DNA of 64,000 nucleotides, taken from positions 284,745 through 348,744 of the forward strand of contig MU006100.1 of the NCBI GenBank assembly GCA_010093705.1, given 5' to 3'. The first letter of the stretch is position 1, and each line of letters opens with the position of its first letter. Source of the stretch: Patellaria atrata CBS 101060 (lineage: Eukaryota). Of the stretch, positions 38,001-52,559 are shown piece by piece. The notes under the pieces are model-generated. The model was not told the origin of the DNA. It saw only the letters and a program-made list of their open reading frames with translations, and made no database searches. The position numbers and the translations under genes were made by a program.

Positions 38001-38811
38001 TCGTGCTGACACATTGAGGAACAGACGTTTACTAACAAGCGGCATCGAACGCATCCGGGCAAAGACCCTTGACGCGCACGGCTTCCGCCGCTTACAAGAT
38101 CTCGTCAAATCCAACCAGGACATCTGGGGTGACAACCTCCAGAAATTTAACGACCTACTATTCGCACTGCTAGACTACCTGGAATCTCCCAACGACAGTC
38201 TTGCACCCAAAGCATCCACCATGACGCCCCTAAAAGCGCAGAACCTGAAGACTCAAACCCTCGCAACAATCAGGGCCATGATGACACTCTACAGGAAGGA
38301 AACCTCACCGCACCTTCCAGCCATCCTCCGCGCCGTCCTCATCGCGAAGAAAATGTTCGACAGCACATCGCACATGTCCTCCGAGCTCGAAAAGACGGCC
38401 GAAGAAGCAGCCAAATCAGGTCACCCAAGCGACTGCCTCAACGCCGTGCTCGCCCACCTCGAATCCATAACCACACCCTCCTCCCCCTCACCCAACCCTG
38501 AACCCGAATCCAGCACCGACAAAATTTCCCGCTCCACGACGCTCGCCCTACGCACGCTCGCGCTACTCCTCCAGTCCGCGCACGCGAGGAAAGTTAATCT
38601 GTCAGAAGAACAGGTTGGAAGATTAGGCAACGTTGCGGTCGCGTGTCTCGGTGATACCGATCCGGATGTTAGGAAGGCAGATCTGGAGTTTTGCATCGAG
38701 TTGCATGAGAGGTTGGGCCGGGAGGAGGGGTTTTGGAAGGCCCTTGGGGGAGCGAAGGAGGGGCATTTGAATTTGATTACTTATTATATCGCTAAGAGGG
38801 GACGGGAGTAG
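35044..38811 (+). CDS. STU1: CLASP-family microtubule-associated protein
   Basis: HEAT/TOG-like N-terminus, CLASP_N segment (FEGKETEGNW..R; SLRTTMSTNGC; QDKNVQPR; GLADANPKVREGMR), Ser-rich middle, C-terminal LNLITYYIAKR. Three introns. Confidence 0.93.
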
Positions 38812-39239
38812 GGGGTTTTGTTACGCATGCGTGGCGAGAATGGCTGGACGGGATACGTACGGTGAATCAGCGAGGCGTTCAAGATTTAACGGCGTCTATA
38901 GCGAGGTTGGGGAATTGCGGCGCGCAAGCTGCTTGTTAGGGATTAGTGTTTTGGGACCTTGCGGGTGGAATTGGGCGTAAGGGTCAAAAATCGTTTGTTT
39001 GGGGAACGGAGTATGTCAGTTGCTGAAGTTCTTATGGTTGTGGTTCCTTTCGTGCATAAGGCTGTGTGGGTAGCTAGTGAATGAATATAATACCGTTATC
39101 CAACGGAATGGAGAGATGCGTGATATCCATTGGTTTCCCCCCTTGATGTGCAGAACGTGCGGTGGGGCAAACCGTCGAGGTGTAAGATAGTTATGCGGTG
39201 ATTACGATGAATGAAGCGATCAATGGGTTTGGTATAGGA

Positions 39240-39284
39240 GTAGCTATAACTATAACTATAACTAGAACTATGGCTATGGCTATA
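39240..39284. repeat. Imperfect hexamer microsatellite (CTATAA/CTATGG)
   Basis: tagctataactataactataactagaactatggctatggctata. Confidence 0.7.
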
Positions 39285-41647
39285 CCAACACCCACCCTCA
39301 CTCCTCTACAGCTCTTACATCAGATGGTGGGAATTTACGTGCAAAAGGGAAAGTGTGTGTGCGTTAGAATTGTTACAAGTTCTTACGGTGGGGTTGCGAT
39401 ATCCCGTGGGGTTAGGTCTGAGGATTTGAGATGGGGCTGCGGTGGGCGGCGGCTAAAATGGGGATAAAATGGTTGGGTTCGGGATAGGGAGGAGTCGGTG
39501 GCTTGTGATCTGTGATGGAGGAGGCGTAGGGCCGTGAGTCACTTGGATCGGTATGGTCGCGGAGGCGGGGGATAAATGAGAAACTTGAGGTCTGGTGTTA
39601 CGCGTTGTTGGTCAGTTCTGGTTTTTGTCGCTTCGGGACTGACGGCCGGGCGGTAAAGTTGAGACATCGGATGATTTTGCGGCGGGTGTCTGGGGTTATA
39701 GAAGGCTTTTGTGAAACGGGTACGCATGATGTGTTTTTTTCAAGTCCCCGGAAAAGCTGATATTTCTCCTCTGGAGGTGAGAAGGCGGTTTCATTGGCGA
39801 GGTTTACGAAGCACCGGAACTGTACGTACAGATTGAGGGTTTAAGTAACCTTGATCGAATTTGAGATATATTGATCGAAGAGATTTACAAGGATTGGAGA
39901 GATATTCACAAGGAATCTCCGTTGAGACCGTAGGGCTGAAGAAATGGGGATGTACCAAGGGGTTGCGCAATGTTGGACAATGCGGGCTCGTCATCCAGTA
40001 ATAGGCATACACATATACGGTTTGTTCCACTCTCAAACGTTATGGGGTAGTATTGGGCCAGGAACAACCATAGACGGAAAACATGTCGTACCTTCTCATC
40101 GACCGCTCTTTTTGTATGTATGACTGTGCTGAAAACGATAGAAATGATGGCTGGACGAGTCTTTGCCTTCAACTGGAAAATGCTCCTTACCTACGAGGTC
40201 CGGACCTCTCCTGCAAACTGGAGGAGCTGGTTGTGTCTGGAACTGCAGCCGCATTGTTGTATACATTCAGACAACGGTTTATGTAAAACCTTACCTTTGA
40301 GCATCTAGTCTTCAACCTCATCTGGCTCGACAAGAATGGGCAAGATAATAGCTTCAGGTGAAGAAGCGGTAATGGACGTTGGATCACACCGCAGCATCTG
40401 CTGAAACTGTTGGAATCCAACCTGAAAGGCTATTGGTTTCAACGCTTCTGAAGCAACTACCGCTCTTAGCATGCACATTGTCAGATTCTTACTGAGGATA
40501 AGAGGTGGCCTTGAGTGAATATGACAGCCGTGACTGGCGTATTACTGATATCAGACCATTGATGAGCAAACTTCTGCGGAAATAGATGTAGAGTAGACAA
40601 TGAGGTTGCAAACTTCGCACCATAACGAACTGAAACCAAGAAATCTCTCTCGGCATAGAGCGATAGGATGCCGTCTCAGGGGCTATTTTTGAAGGGGACG
40701 GGAAGGATGGGGGCGCACTGATAGCTTTCCCCTTAGCTTCGCGGCAGACTCCATCGACTCCACAGAACTCCACCACTCTCTATAATTCGTTCTGGGCCTG
40801 AATTGATTGAAAATGACCTAGATAGCTTTGGGTAAGGTCGAGTCTGTATGCACGATCGTATTTGTACTTGGACGTCGTTAAACTTTGCTATTTGGGGGTT
40901 TGATATTCTCTTTTCATATCAGAAGGTTGCAGCTTGCAGTTGCTTTTCCGTGAAAGAACTTTCTTAAACAAGGCCGTGCTCGTATCATCGAAGACATGGC
41001 CTCATCTTCGTCATTCACCCTGACTCTCTGTTGACACGATCATGCACTTGATGGTAAACCAGATTTCTCGCGCCCTGACACTGACAGCCGCTCGACGCGC
41101 AATCTCTGGCAATTTAGATCTGGGGGAACTTTCGTTTTAGCTTCTCTGGGATTTAGCACACGACGAGGCTTGTACCTGAAATTGGCCTGAGCGTCGTTTC
41201 AAATCGAACTAGGGAAAAGACCGAGAGAAAGGCGTCTTTTGGCGCAGATGAGGTCCGTGAGGGACTGAGGGGACTGAGTGGGAGCGAGGGGGGAAAAAAA
41301 AGAAGCCATGACCTGAAAACTTACAACTTCAGGAAAGTTACTATGACTTTATCTGTCTAGCATCAGCGGTAACCTGCATGTAATAAAGTGATTTTCATTC
41401 GGTTCGGGTCATGTTATATTCAGGAGGCCGCCCGCTACACCAAAGTCTGAGCATGTTGATACTGTATAATAAATTTCCGACATGCGGAGAACCAGAGCCT
41501 TGGGTGACGCCCATAGCTAGTCTGTAGAGCAATAATTATGAAGTGATGAAGTACCTGAAAGGCGAAGCCGGGACGGGAACGCGGTTTCCTACTTCTGTAC
41601 CCATAAGTGATTCTGTGAAGGACGACCGAGACTGCCGAATAGTTCCA

Positions 41648-41680
41648 ACGGTAGCTACGGTAGCTACGGTAGCTACGGTA
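41648..41680. repeat. 9-bp tandem repeat ACGGTAGCT x3.6
   Basis: acggtagct acggtagct acggtagct acggta, ~750 bp upstream of the RhoGAP start. Confidence 0.9.
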
Positions 41681-42426
41681 TCTGTCTCGAGCCCCGTGCC
41701 TGAGAAAGAAGGTTCGCAAGCCTTGAATTCAACGTGGAAGCCATGTCTTCTTCTTGCATCTTCCGAGTGACACTTGTACGCCCGCAGACTCTACAGGTCT
41801 CCAGACTAGTAACTGCTTTTTGACCCTTTTCGGCTTTAAAGGAGCAGACCCTGAGCGAAGCGGGTGGGAACTGGGAAAGCGGGCGCCGTGGTCGTAGTGT
41901 GCCTTTAGCTCTGCTTGCTACGAAACTACGAAAGTAGCTGGGAGTTCGTCTCGATTCTCCACCACCAAAAGCCCTTTCCAGTGCTCACTCCTGGGGCCTC
42001 CATCAGACGATTGACCTGGTTCTCCCATTGGCTGCTCTTTTCTTGTCACCATCTTTTCTTACACAAGCCTCACACCCTCTCTCGTCCCTGCAAAAGACCG
42101 CTTCTCCTTCTTGAACCATCTTCGGAGGGGGCGAATACCTGTGGAGGACACAAGCAACGACTGGTCCTAACGGCTTCTTACCATTGCTTCTCTGTTGAAT
42201 TTGTTTAGCATTATTCTCCTTAACGAAGGTCGGCCATCTCGTTCGTTTCTTATTCTTCTGTTCGATTGTGGGTTCAGGGTTTCAGCTGGCCCGCAAACAC
42301 AATCCTGCAACACCAGCCGATAACCCGATAACCCCCAACGCGCTCCTCATCTGTTCGAATCGTGCCCATTTAGGACCATCTGCAGCGATTCCTGTTGACT
42401 ACCATTCGAAATACCAACTCGCGTTC

Positions 42427-45400
42427 ATGGAGACCATGATGGATTCCCCCAGTATATACCCAGAATCTCCTATGGAGCAGGACGATATTGTATATCCTTG
42501 CAAAGGCTGTGGAGAGGTATGTCGATAACTTCTCCAGATAGCCAGAAAACCTGCGCTTCACCGTTCACCAATTCTAACTTAATGTTTTTGAACAGATTCT
42601 AGAAGAAGGGAAGGCATTCGAATTAGGTATGCTCAGACTTTCCAATTCTCAACCGTTCTGACCCGTTCCGAGCCGTGGAAGCTCGCATGCGCTCACTCTC
42701 CACGATATGATGCATAGCAACACCTTACTGACACTCATAATAAAGCTGGAAACAGGTGGCATATTGATTGTTTTGCCTGCAATACTTGCGGAACCCTTCT
42801 AGACTCTGATGCGAACCTCCTCCTACTCGGTGATGGCTCTCTCATCTGCAATAACTGCACATACAGCTGCAATGCATGTGGAAACAAGATTGAGGATCTG
42901 GCAATCCTAACTGGTGACCAAGCCTTCTGCGCGAATTGCTTCAAGTGTCGCAATTGTAAGAGGAGGATAGAGAATCTTCGATATGCTCGTACTTCTCAAG
43001 GGATCTTCTGCATGTCCTGTCATGAATCACTCATGGCACGACGAAGGAAAAAGTCGAAAGCTGCGCTTGCAGCTCGAGCACGGGAACAACAGAATGCTTC
43101 TGCTTCTGCAATACTGGACAAGAGTTTGCCTGCTTTACCTCCAAGTGCGCCAGATATACAGACGCCGCCTCCAGACTCTTACGCAGAGTTAACGCCAGAG
43201 GTATCGCCTCGACCGAGGGTTCCGAAACCTCGGAAAGAGACATCTCCCTCAAACTTTAGACGTGACGCTTCCCCTGCCGCGGGAGACGACTTTAGAAGAG
43301 GTAAGTGCAGCGTGGTATCTGCCCATCGTAACTGGTCGCTAACGGAATAGCAGATAATAATCTTACCCTACCTGCCAGCACATACCGTGAGAATCGAAAC
43401 TCGACGATATTGCAGAATGACGGTGGTGACGATGGTATCTTTCTCCCCTTTGCTCTGGATCCAAACATGGCTCCAGGCCCATCTCCAATGGGGAAACCAC
43501 AGACTCTTAGCAGCGCGGGAGGGGATACCGGATCTGCGAAGTTGACAGATGCTAAACCATCCCGTGACTATTTCAATAATGGAAGATTACCATCTGGCTC
43601 CTCGCATCGGGATATGCTGAAAGAACCTCGTCCAGGCTCGTCTCGGTCCAATTCGACTGAAAGATTTGACAAGGATCGACAGCAACAGCTTGCCAAATCA
43701 CCTGCTAGTCCCCATATTGCTTATCAAGAAAAGGGACGTCAGGCTTCGGGCGAATTGCTTGATTCAGTACTCAAGAGGAAGGACTTGCCGTCTGGTTCTA
43801 ACAAGGCTTCCCCAGCAATTGGACAGGAGAAACCCAGAAGCCAACATGCTAGTTCCCCGTCTATCAACCAGACTGCAAATAGCGACAGCTTTAAACTGCA
43901 AGACGTCCCTAAACTGAAGAGAACTAGTTCCAGAAGAGGCTCAAATGGTCGACCCCCGGCTCTTGGAGATACTCCGCAAATAGATGTCTTAGGCCGAGCG
44001 AAGTCTCCGGCTGATCGAAGTTATAGCGCTACACCGTCTCCCGAGTATGCCCAATCTCCACCTCCGCAAGATCTTAGGCGTCGTGATGAATCCTATAGTT
44101 CCACAAAGGTAGAAAGGCCTAAACGTGAGGATTCTTTACCAGCATCGACTTTGAAGCAAGCAGCCCCTCGAAGGGATGTTCCTCCATCTCCTGCCACGCC
44201 AACAGCGCCAACGGGGTTTAATCACGAGCGTAAACAGTCCACGTCCTCCCTTCAGGAGGGCCACACAAATCTTACAGCGATGAATGGTGGAAGAACTATT
44301 TCAAAGCCAATCGAGTCTCCAACTTTTAAGAGTATGTCAGATGCTCCAGGCCCACCGGCGCGATCAGGAGCACGGCCTCCACCACCTGGTACTCAAATAA
44401 GTGACTCTTTTACTGCTCCTCGAGCTCCACCGCCACCACCGGGGCAACAAGGGGTTCATCGTCCAAGTGAGTCCGTAAGTACAGTGCACAGCGAGACATC
44501 CCGTCCAACGGAAAATCCGATCTCACCGACCTTGCCACGGTATAGTCATGGAGGCGAGTTTTCTATGGACGAAGACATGGCTCGCATTATGAGAGGAGAA
44601 GATCTTGATAAGGATTCGTCTGTATTGAGAAGGGTTTCTAATGCGATGTCGAAGCATGGGAGGAGTTTCAGTGATAGGGGTTCCAGGACGTCGCAGTCAG
44701 CTAAATTGAAGAATTCGCTCAATGGGGTAGGCGTGGAGATTAGCAGCCCTACGACCGCGTCTCCAGATTCTAAGGAGGAAGTCGTTCAACTCAAGAATAA
44801 TCTTCGCAGAGCTCAACAGATAATTGCCGAACTGGAAACTAAGAATCATCTCCTACGAGAGGAGATCAATGGTTCTCCGGATATGAAGCAAATGAATACC
44901 GAGCTGCGCGAAAAGAGGTCGACGGTCGCCGTTCTTGACACACAAAGAGAAATTGCAGTTCGAGAGCTTGAGAGTATGATCAAAGGACTTGAGAAAGTCA
45001 AGAACAGCAATGAACCAATTAACATTCAAACTTTCCAGTCGGAATTCCTCCAAGATCTTGGATCATCGCTGGAGAAGTTGAAGTCCGGGTATGCAAACCA
45101 AATCGAAGATCTCATTCGGAAAAAGAATGAACTTACGAACGAAATTTCTGAACTCATTCAAATGAAGGACAAGGGCAACTCCGATTATGATGCCTTGGCA
45201 CACAGGAACAACCAGCTTCAGCAGATGAATGCGCGGTTGATGGAGAACATCCAGGAGACCTCCAAGCAACATAAGGGCAGGAATGGCACCTCAATCGATG
45301 GAGGACGTCCCACGGCCAATGGTCTGGGAATCTACACCCATCATCACAAGGATAAGTCTGATCTCTCTATGGATCTGCGGAGTGCAACTGGTCCTGATGG

Positions 45401-46509
45401 GTCGTTGTCTGATATGTTGCGTGATCACGATGGTGACGCCGCAGTTAGCACCATCAAAGTTGTCGATATCAAAAAGGCGGGCAAGTCTGGCAAGTTCGGA
45501 GCTTGGAAGAAAGGGCAGACAGTAACCAAGAACTTGACAAAGAACATCAAAGGTGCATTCACGCAACCTAACCGCGAAGATGGTTATTCACAGCAAAACC
45601 TGGGCGGAGTCCCTTACGGTTCTCTACCTTCGAACACTGAATCTTCTACTACATCCAGTATTCCTAAAACTGCACATGACCCCTCCAGGACAGGATTCGG
45701 CTTCTTCAACCAGAAAGGCAATTATGGCCGGCCTCAAGCACCTCAACTGAAGAGCCAATCATCTACAAACCTTGAGCAGGAGGCAAAGGATCCCCGCGAG
45801 CTATTCGGCTCCGATCTCATCGCCCGTTGCGAATTTGAAGGCACTACAATACCCAATGTTGTCGTCAAGTGTGTTGTTGAAGTAGATACTCGAGGTAAGC
45901 ATCTCTGCCCTTTCACACTACAACAGTCATCATCTTTACTCATGCGGACTTAGGACTCGATTGCGAGGGGATCTACCGCAAATCTGGAAGCACCACAAGC
46001 ACAAATGCCATCGTAGATGGTTTCCAAGCGGATAAGAACTACGATATCTCTGACCCGGACCTCGATATCAATGCTGTCGCCTCGGTACTGAAACAATACT
46101 TCCGCAAGCTGGCCTTCCCGCTCATCACCAATGAGGTATACGATCCCCTCATTGATGCCTCCAGTACGTATTCCCATCACACCTTCCACATACGTACCGT
46201 ACAATGCTAACAACCCACACAGAACTCGAAGATGTCGAGAAACGTGCAGTCGCCATGCGTACCGCCATCGAGAAGCTCCCACAGGTACATTTGAGCACCC
46301 TGTTCTACATCGTAGAACACCTGAACCGAGTCATGAAGAACGAGGCGGACAACAAAATGCCCGCCAGCAACCTGGCGGTCGTTTTCGCGCCGACATTGTT
46401 CAGGCCCCTCGATGTCAATAAGGAGATGAGGGATATGCATGCTAAACAGCTGTGCATGCAGTACATGTTGGAGGACTATATGGCTATATTTAAGGATCTC
46501 GTGGAGTAA
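42427..46509 (+). CDS. Rho GTPase-activating protein with two N-terminal LIM domains (Rga1/Rga2-like)
   Basis: CKGCGE|ILEEGKAFEL|AGNRWHIDCFACNTC; CNACGNKIEDLAILTGDQAFCANCFKCRNC; coiled coil; RhoGAP domain LFGSDL..IPNVVVKCVVEVDTRG|LDCEGIYRKSG..VASVLKQYFRKL..NKMPASNLAVVFAPTL. Confidence 0.93.
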
Positions 46510-48937
46510 GGAGATTTTAAAGGGGTGGGCGATTTAATGGTGAAAATGTACGGTACTGAAGATACCCCAGCGTTTGTGTTGTTTTGTTCTTTGTCGCGCT
46601 CTGTTTTCATTGTTTTTCTTTTGACATCTCGTGCGTACGGGGTGTACGGAGGTGGGCATACCTGATAATGGGAAGCGATGGTGTTTCTGCGGAGTTTGAT
46701 TTTGATCAATATGGTTTATTTAGCACTTCTTTTTCTTGTATGTGTATGCCCGGCTGTGTAAGCCGAATTTAGTGCGTATTTTCCTGTACAGTACAGTGAT
46801 AGGGATTTATGTTGTGTGAGGATGGTATGTAGTGTATCAGTGCAATTTGCACGGAGAATACCTGAACTTACTTTATTGGTGAATGTGTATGATATGTCAC
46901 GCAATCAGATTATCTACAGCATAAGTAGCTACACGGTGTTTCGACCTGGCTCATTTGTGCAGTGTATAACGATATCACATGGGTATGGGCGTCCGTGGGA
47001 AGTTTTGGGAGAGGGNNNNNNNNNNNNNNNNNNNNNNNNNNNNNNNNNNNNNNNNNNNNNNNNNNNNNNNNNNNNNNNNNNNNNNNNNNNNNNNNNNNNN
47101 NNNNNNNNNNNNNNNGTTGAATGGCCTGGAATCGTTTGGATATATTAATCTTGTATGTTTTCTGGTTGAATGGGTATGGGATGGGGTTGAATGTGTAGTA
47201 AGGGGAAGGTTTTTTGGTATGGGGATAATAAGGAGGGGGTGTAGGAATAGGGGGAGATGGCGAGATTGAGATATATGATATAGGATCTTGATGGAATTTT
47301 GGTGGTGTGGAAATATGTGAGTATTTGTATACTGTCATGTCTACGTCTGTCTTTATTATCAGATAATCGCCGCTCAAGGTTCTACTTACTGTACGCCGTG
47401 TGGTTTTGATCTAGTACTGTAACCTCTAGTCTAGAGAAAGAAAACAATAATCTCTGAAGCTAAAAATCATTTAAGATGCGGGCTCCACTATTACGATATT
47501 CCTTTTTCAGAACAGGGTTGTGACGAAAATATTACTCGACGAAAGACTGGAATTGTTTAGATACTGTAACCAACCTGATCAAAGAGAGTTGTTCTTACAA
47601 AAGAGAATGCACATCAACAGGAGCAGTACCCTGCGGTATCTACATGTCATGTCCTTGAACGCGCATCTGCTTACCTGTAGAGGAGTTGATTGCGGTGATT
47701 GCACCGTTATCATATGGCCGGGGTGCGTGTTTCGGGCATGCTGTATGTTTCGGACAAATGTACAGTACATACTCTCGATACTGTAGTACATAGAAAGAGC
47801 TCCTTCAGATTCTTCAATCCAGTCCAAGTTAGAAATCTGGATTCATCGGCTTCAAAGTAAAGAGATCAGCGAGGTTTGTACTGCACCAAGTAAACAAGAG
47901 ATGCAGTCATCGAGGTCTGAAGCTGATGCAGAAGCGTATGGCGCCTAACTATGTAGCTATCCGGGTCATAGGACAAAATAAAGTGCAATACAAGGTACGG
48001 AGTACAGAGTAGACTGGTAAGGTAAGGAAGGAGTTGCAAGTAGCTTTTTCTAGCGCGTGTTTTCTTCCGTCATCGAGGCTTATTTCTACGGAAAAAGAAG
48101 CGGCTACGGCGAGAGTAATATTCACAGCTTGAATGCTCTATACCTTATCAGACCCCATAACGCTATGGCTGAACAAAGTTATCTCTCATTTCTCACTTCT
48201 TCTCGAAACAATGAAAGAATCATGATGGAAGCACCGCGTCAAGCGAAAAGGTCTTCGATGAAGTATCTCTAACATGCACCTTCGGTCCATCGATGTCGAA
48301 TTCAATATCGAATTTAATTTATCCGATGGTCAGAAAGCAGGGAAGCTTGTTCGAATTCTGACTAGTTCCCTTTCGTTATCGTTGCCACTGCGGCGGCTCC
48401 ACCATCCAGTCCATCCAAGTCCGCGTGCTAAACAGTGCTTGTAGTCTTGTCGGTAGAATTCCGGGAAAACAAATGAAGAAAGAATCATTGGCGGTTGTTG
48501 CCCAAATCCTGATCCCAGCCTTCTGCCATTTGCATCCCCCATCCCGTTCAAGCTCGCTCTTGCTTTCGACTTCAAACAATCTCAAAGCGGAAGGGAAAGG
48601 AAAAACTAGAGGGTTCCTACCTTACTGTACCTTTCTCTCACCCATCCTCCCTTAATACTAATACTCATAATTTCCAAAACGCGTACGGTGCTCATCTGGT
48701 TCAACTCCTTTCCGCTCGCTCAGCTATTTGCATAGTTCTACTTGTTTCCTGCTGTATGGTCATCCCCGACACTCGTTACCACACCTCCCTCTCCCGTGCC
48801 TTGGCAGCTTGCGACGCCTCGTCCTCGGTCGCAAGTTGGTGAACTGAAACCATTGCGCACGTCACACAAGCCATTTGGGCTACTTAACCATCGCGACTCG
48901 GATGCTCATCGTCCATCATACCTAGAGACCGTGATAA

Positions 48938-51900
48938 ATGAGGAGACGGCCCTCTGGCTCGCTCACCGACGAGGACGACGAGCCGTCTGGCCTGGAAGCT
49001 CCTGTTGCCCCAGGGCCGCTCGAAGTTGGCGATAAGACTAATGATACTTTGAAAGATCCTCGGAAACTTGTACGGAAGGAGGAAAAGAGCGCGAAAGGCC
49101 GTAGAAAGAAAAATGATACCTCGCCTAAGCCTTCGGAGGCACATACTACCCCGTGGAAGAGTATGACTCTTAAGACTCAAACGCCGGAGAAGGAGCTGCT
49201 CGCCATGAACTTGCTAGCAAAGGACATGGTCCCGGAGAATACAATTGAACATCAGCACCGTAAAAGAGCTCGATGGCGCAATCCCTGGGCAATATCTCTC
49301 TTCACTCTTCTCACCACGGCCGTGGCGACGACCATTCTCTTCGTAATCGTTCAATCGTTCTTCTATCGACAACTTGATACAAAAGGTTGCGAGATGTCAT
49401 GGGTCCGTCCACGATGGGTTGATTTTCCAGATTTCGATACGGAGCATACGCGGTTTGCCAGTAAATATTCGCTGCATTTATATAGGGAGGCGGTGGTGGA
49501 TAAGGATGACAGAGTATGTCTAATTTTTCATTAAAATCGAAATTTCAATCAGGCTCACTCTATGTAGGTGAAAGGGGTTCCGGTTCTATTCATTCCAGGT
49601 AACGCGGGAAGCTATCGACAAGTTAGACCGTTCGCAGACGAGGCCTCTATTTACTTCCATGATGTCCTTCAGCACGACCAAAACGCAATAAAAGCAGGGA
49701 AACGAGCTTTGGACTTCTTTGCAGTCGACTTTAATGAAGATATCACAGCATTCCATGGACAAACGCTGCTGGACCAGGCCGAATATCTGAATGATGCTGT
49801 TGCATATATTCTTTCGCTTTACCATGATCCTAAACGATCAATGCGGGACACTACTTTACCCGACCCAAGCTCCGTTATAATCGTCGGTCACTCGATGGGC
49901 GGTGTGGTCGCGCGGGCGATGCTTACAATGACCAATTATCAGTCTAACTCGATAAATACCATTATCACCTTGTCTGCACCGCATGCCCGTGCTCCAGTGT
50001 CATTCGATGCAGACATTGTAAATACCTATCGGAGGATAAATGACTATTGGAGGAGTGCGTATGCTCAGAAATGGGCCAACGATAACCCGCTTTGGCACGT
50101 GACTCTCATATCCATTGCAGGAGGAGGGTTAGACACGATTGTTCCTTCTGACTACTCAAGTCTGGCTTCACTTATTCCTGATACCCATGGATTTACCGTC
50201 TTCACTTCTTCCATACCAAACGTTTGGGTTGGAATGGATCACTTAGCTATAATGTGGTGTAATCAATTCCGTAAGAGCGTCGTACGTGCGCTTTACGACG
50301 TCATTGATGTTGGTCGTCCAGTCCAAACTCGACCACGCGCTGAAAGGATGAGAATTTTCAAGAGATGGTTCCTAACTGGACTTGAAGATGTAGCCGAGAA
50401 GACCCTCCCACAGCAGGAACCCAAGACTCTCCTTACCCTGGAAGATGATTCGAATGCCATCATCTCACAAGGCGAGCGTTTGAATTTGCGACATTTGGGA
50501 CAATCCAAAAGACCGAAAGCGTACCTGCTACCCATTCCTCCTCAGGGATCTCCAGAAGGGAGAAAGTTTACATTTCTTACTAACCATAAGATTGATGCCT
50601 CGAGTGAGAATGGAAAAGTTGAAGTTCTGTTCTGCAGCGTTTTTCCGTTGCACGCCGGATCTTCCGCTCAGCTTTTCTCCATGAATATGGATTTTTCCGG
50701 TGATAGTACCGGTTCCACTCGTCTTGCTTGCAAAAACTCAGCATCAGATACCATCTCTCTACCTGCATCAACGAGAGAATCCAAGTATGCATTCGAGACG
50801 AAGGAGCCATTCTCATACTTGCAGTATGATTTAGAGGACCTCGCAGAGCATCAATTCATTGCAATCGTTGATAAAGCTACTGTGAAAACGCCCGGATGGG
50901 TTGTGGCGGAATTCAATGCTGGCTCGGAATCTATAATCCGGCCAAATTTCGGCATGCGACGACTTTTAGCATTTGGGTTGAAAGTGAAACTTCCAGCAAA
51001 GAGGCCTCTACTTATGGACATTAAGATTCCCGCTATCCACTCTAGTCTCCTTGCATATCATATGAATGTTGGGAAGCAGGTGTGTGGAGACGAAGGTCAA
51101 TTATTCACACCACTAGTACGACAGTACATCTCGGAGGTGTATGAATCGAAATTTTTCGTCAACATGAAGTCGGCAGACATCAACCTTCATGGGGTCGCTC
51201 CGTATATGCCACCAGCTTTCAAGGGCACGAAAGCGGGCGATGGACTTGCTCTCCAAATTTGGTCTGATCCAACATGCGAGAGTAGCATGACGGTATCCGT
51301 ACGTGTTGATGTGCTCGGGAGCATGGGTAAACTGTGGATGCGATATCGAACGATCTTTGCGGCTTTCCCTCTACTCGTTGTTGCGCTGGTCCTAAGGAAA
51401 CAGTTCAAGGTTTACGATGATACAGGCATCTTCATGAGCTTCTCCGAAGGTGTCAATCAATGCCTTAGAGGTTCTCTACCTTTGCTCTTCCTTGCCTTGA
51501 CCATTTTAGCAACATCTCTAGCAAATGCCAGTCAAGATAAAGCCAAATCGACCTCACACTGGTTCATAGGCCGAAATTCTAATGCTACAGAGAGCTTTGT
51601 CGACTACACGAAGAATGATTTGCTACTTGGTTCCCAAGACAGCTTCTTCTGGTTTCTTGTTCCATTATTCGGTCTAATCTGCATTGGCATCTGTGTCATT
51701 CTGAACTATGTGACCCTCGGCCTCATCCATATTTTCGCTCTCCTTTACGGAATTTTACGGCCCTCGAGTCTTAGAAACGATGATGGCCGGTACGATCAGC
51801 AATCACAAACCTTTGAATCGTGTACTGACTATTTTTGTAGAAGAACACCGGGTGCATTTGCTGTTACATCGACACGCCAGAGACTTATCACCACGAGCAT

Positions 51901-52559
51901 CCTTTTGCTTTTGGTCTCCACGGTTATCCCGTATCAGTTCGCGTACGTTGTTTTATGTGTCGTGCAATTAGCAACTTCTATCAGGGCTTATCGTCTTGCA
52001 AGAGAGTCTGTGAGTATCTTCCATCTACTCAATTTGATATTAAAATCGTTCTCTAATGTACTCTAAGCGTTCTGAAACAAATTACAATTTCTGTAATTAT
52101 GTTCATTCTCTGCTCATATTGATGCTCTGGATACTTCCCATAAATATGCCTGTGCTCGTTGTTTGGATAAGGAATTTGGCCGTCCACTGGCTTACGCCGT
52201 TCTCCACGCATCACAACATATTATCAATCACCCCTTTCATCCTTCTTGTCGAGACTCTCAGCACCGGCATCATGATCCCCAGGGTGACGAATAGGTATGC
52301 TTCAGTATCTTTTACCACGAATATGTAATACTAAAACTATGATAGACTACGCTATTGCACTAACATTCTCCTCTTTGGTCTCGCGATTTACGCTGCGATT
52401 TACGGGGCTACGTACGCCTACCTTCTTCATCAACTCGCTAATATTCTCTATGCATGGCTTATTACAATTCATTTCTCCACCAGTTCTTTTTCACTGCATA
52501 GACTTACTCGGCTCCTCGAAGGAACCGAGAACGAAGGCCTCGTTAAGAAAAGGCCGTAA
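48938..52559 (+). CDS. BST1: GPI inositol-deacylase (PGAP1 family)
   Basis: GVPVLFIPGNAGSYRQVR, DFFAVDFNED, lipase motif IVGHSMGG, MDHLAIMWC, C-terminal TM segments, KKRP* dilysine ER-retrieval end. Four introns. Confidence 0.95.

Noticed and set aside
39741..39760. AAGTCCCCGG resembling the RNase MRP P4 strand
   Set aside because: Lacks the GAAAG context and I found no matching 3' P4 strand.
39700..40800. Cluster of 60-95 aa ORFs between STU1 and the RhoGAP
   Set aside because: No motif and no consistent splice model; treated as intergenic.
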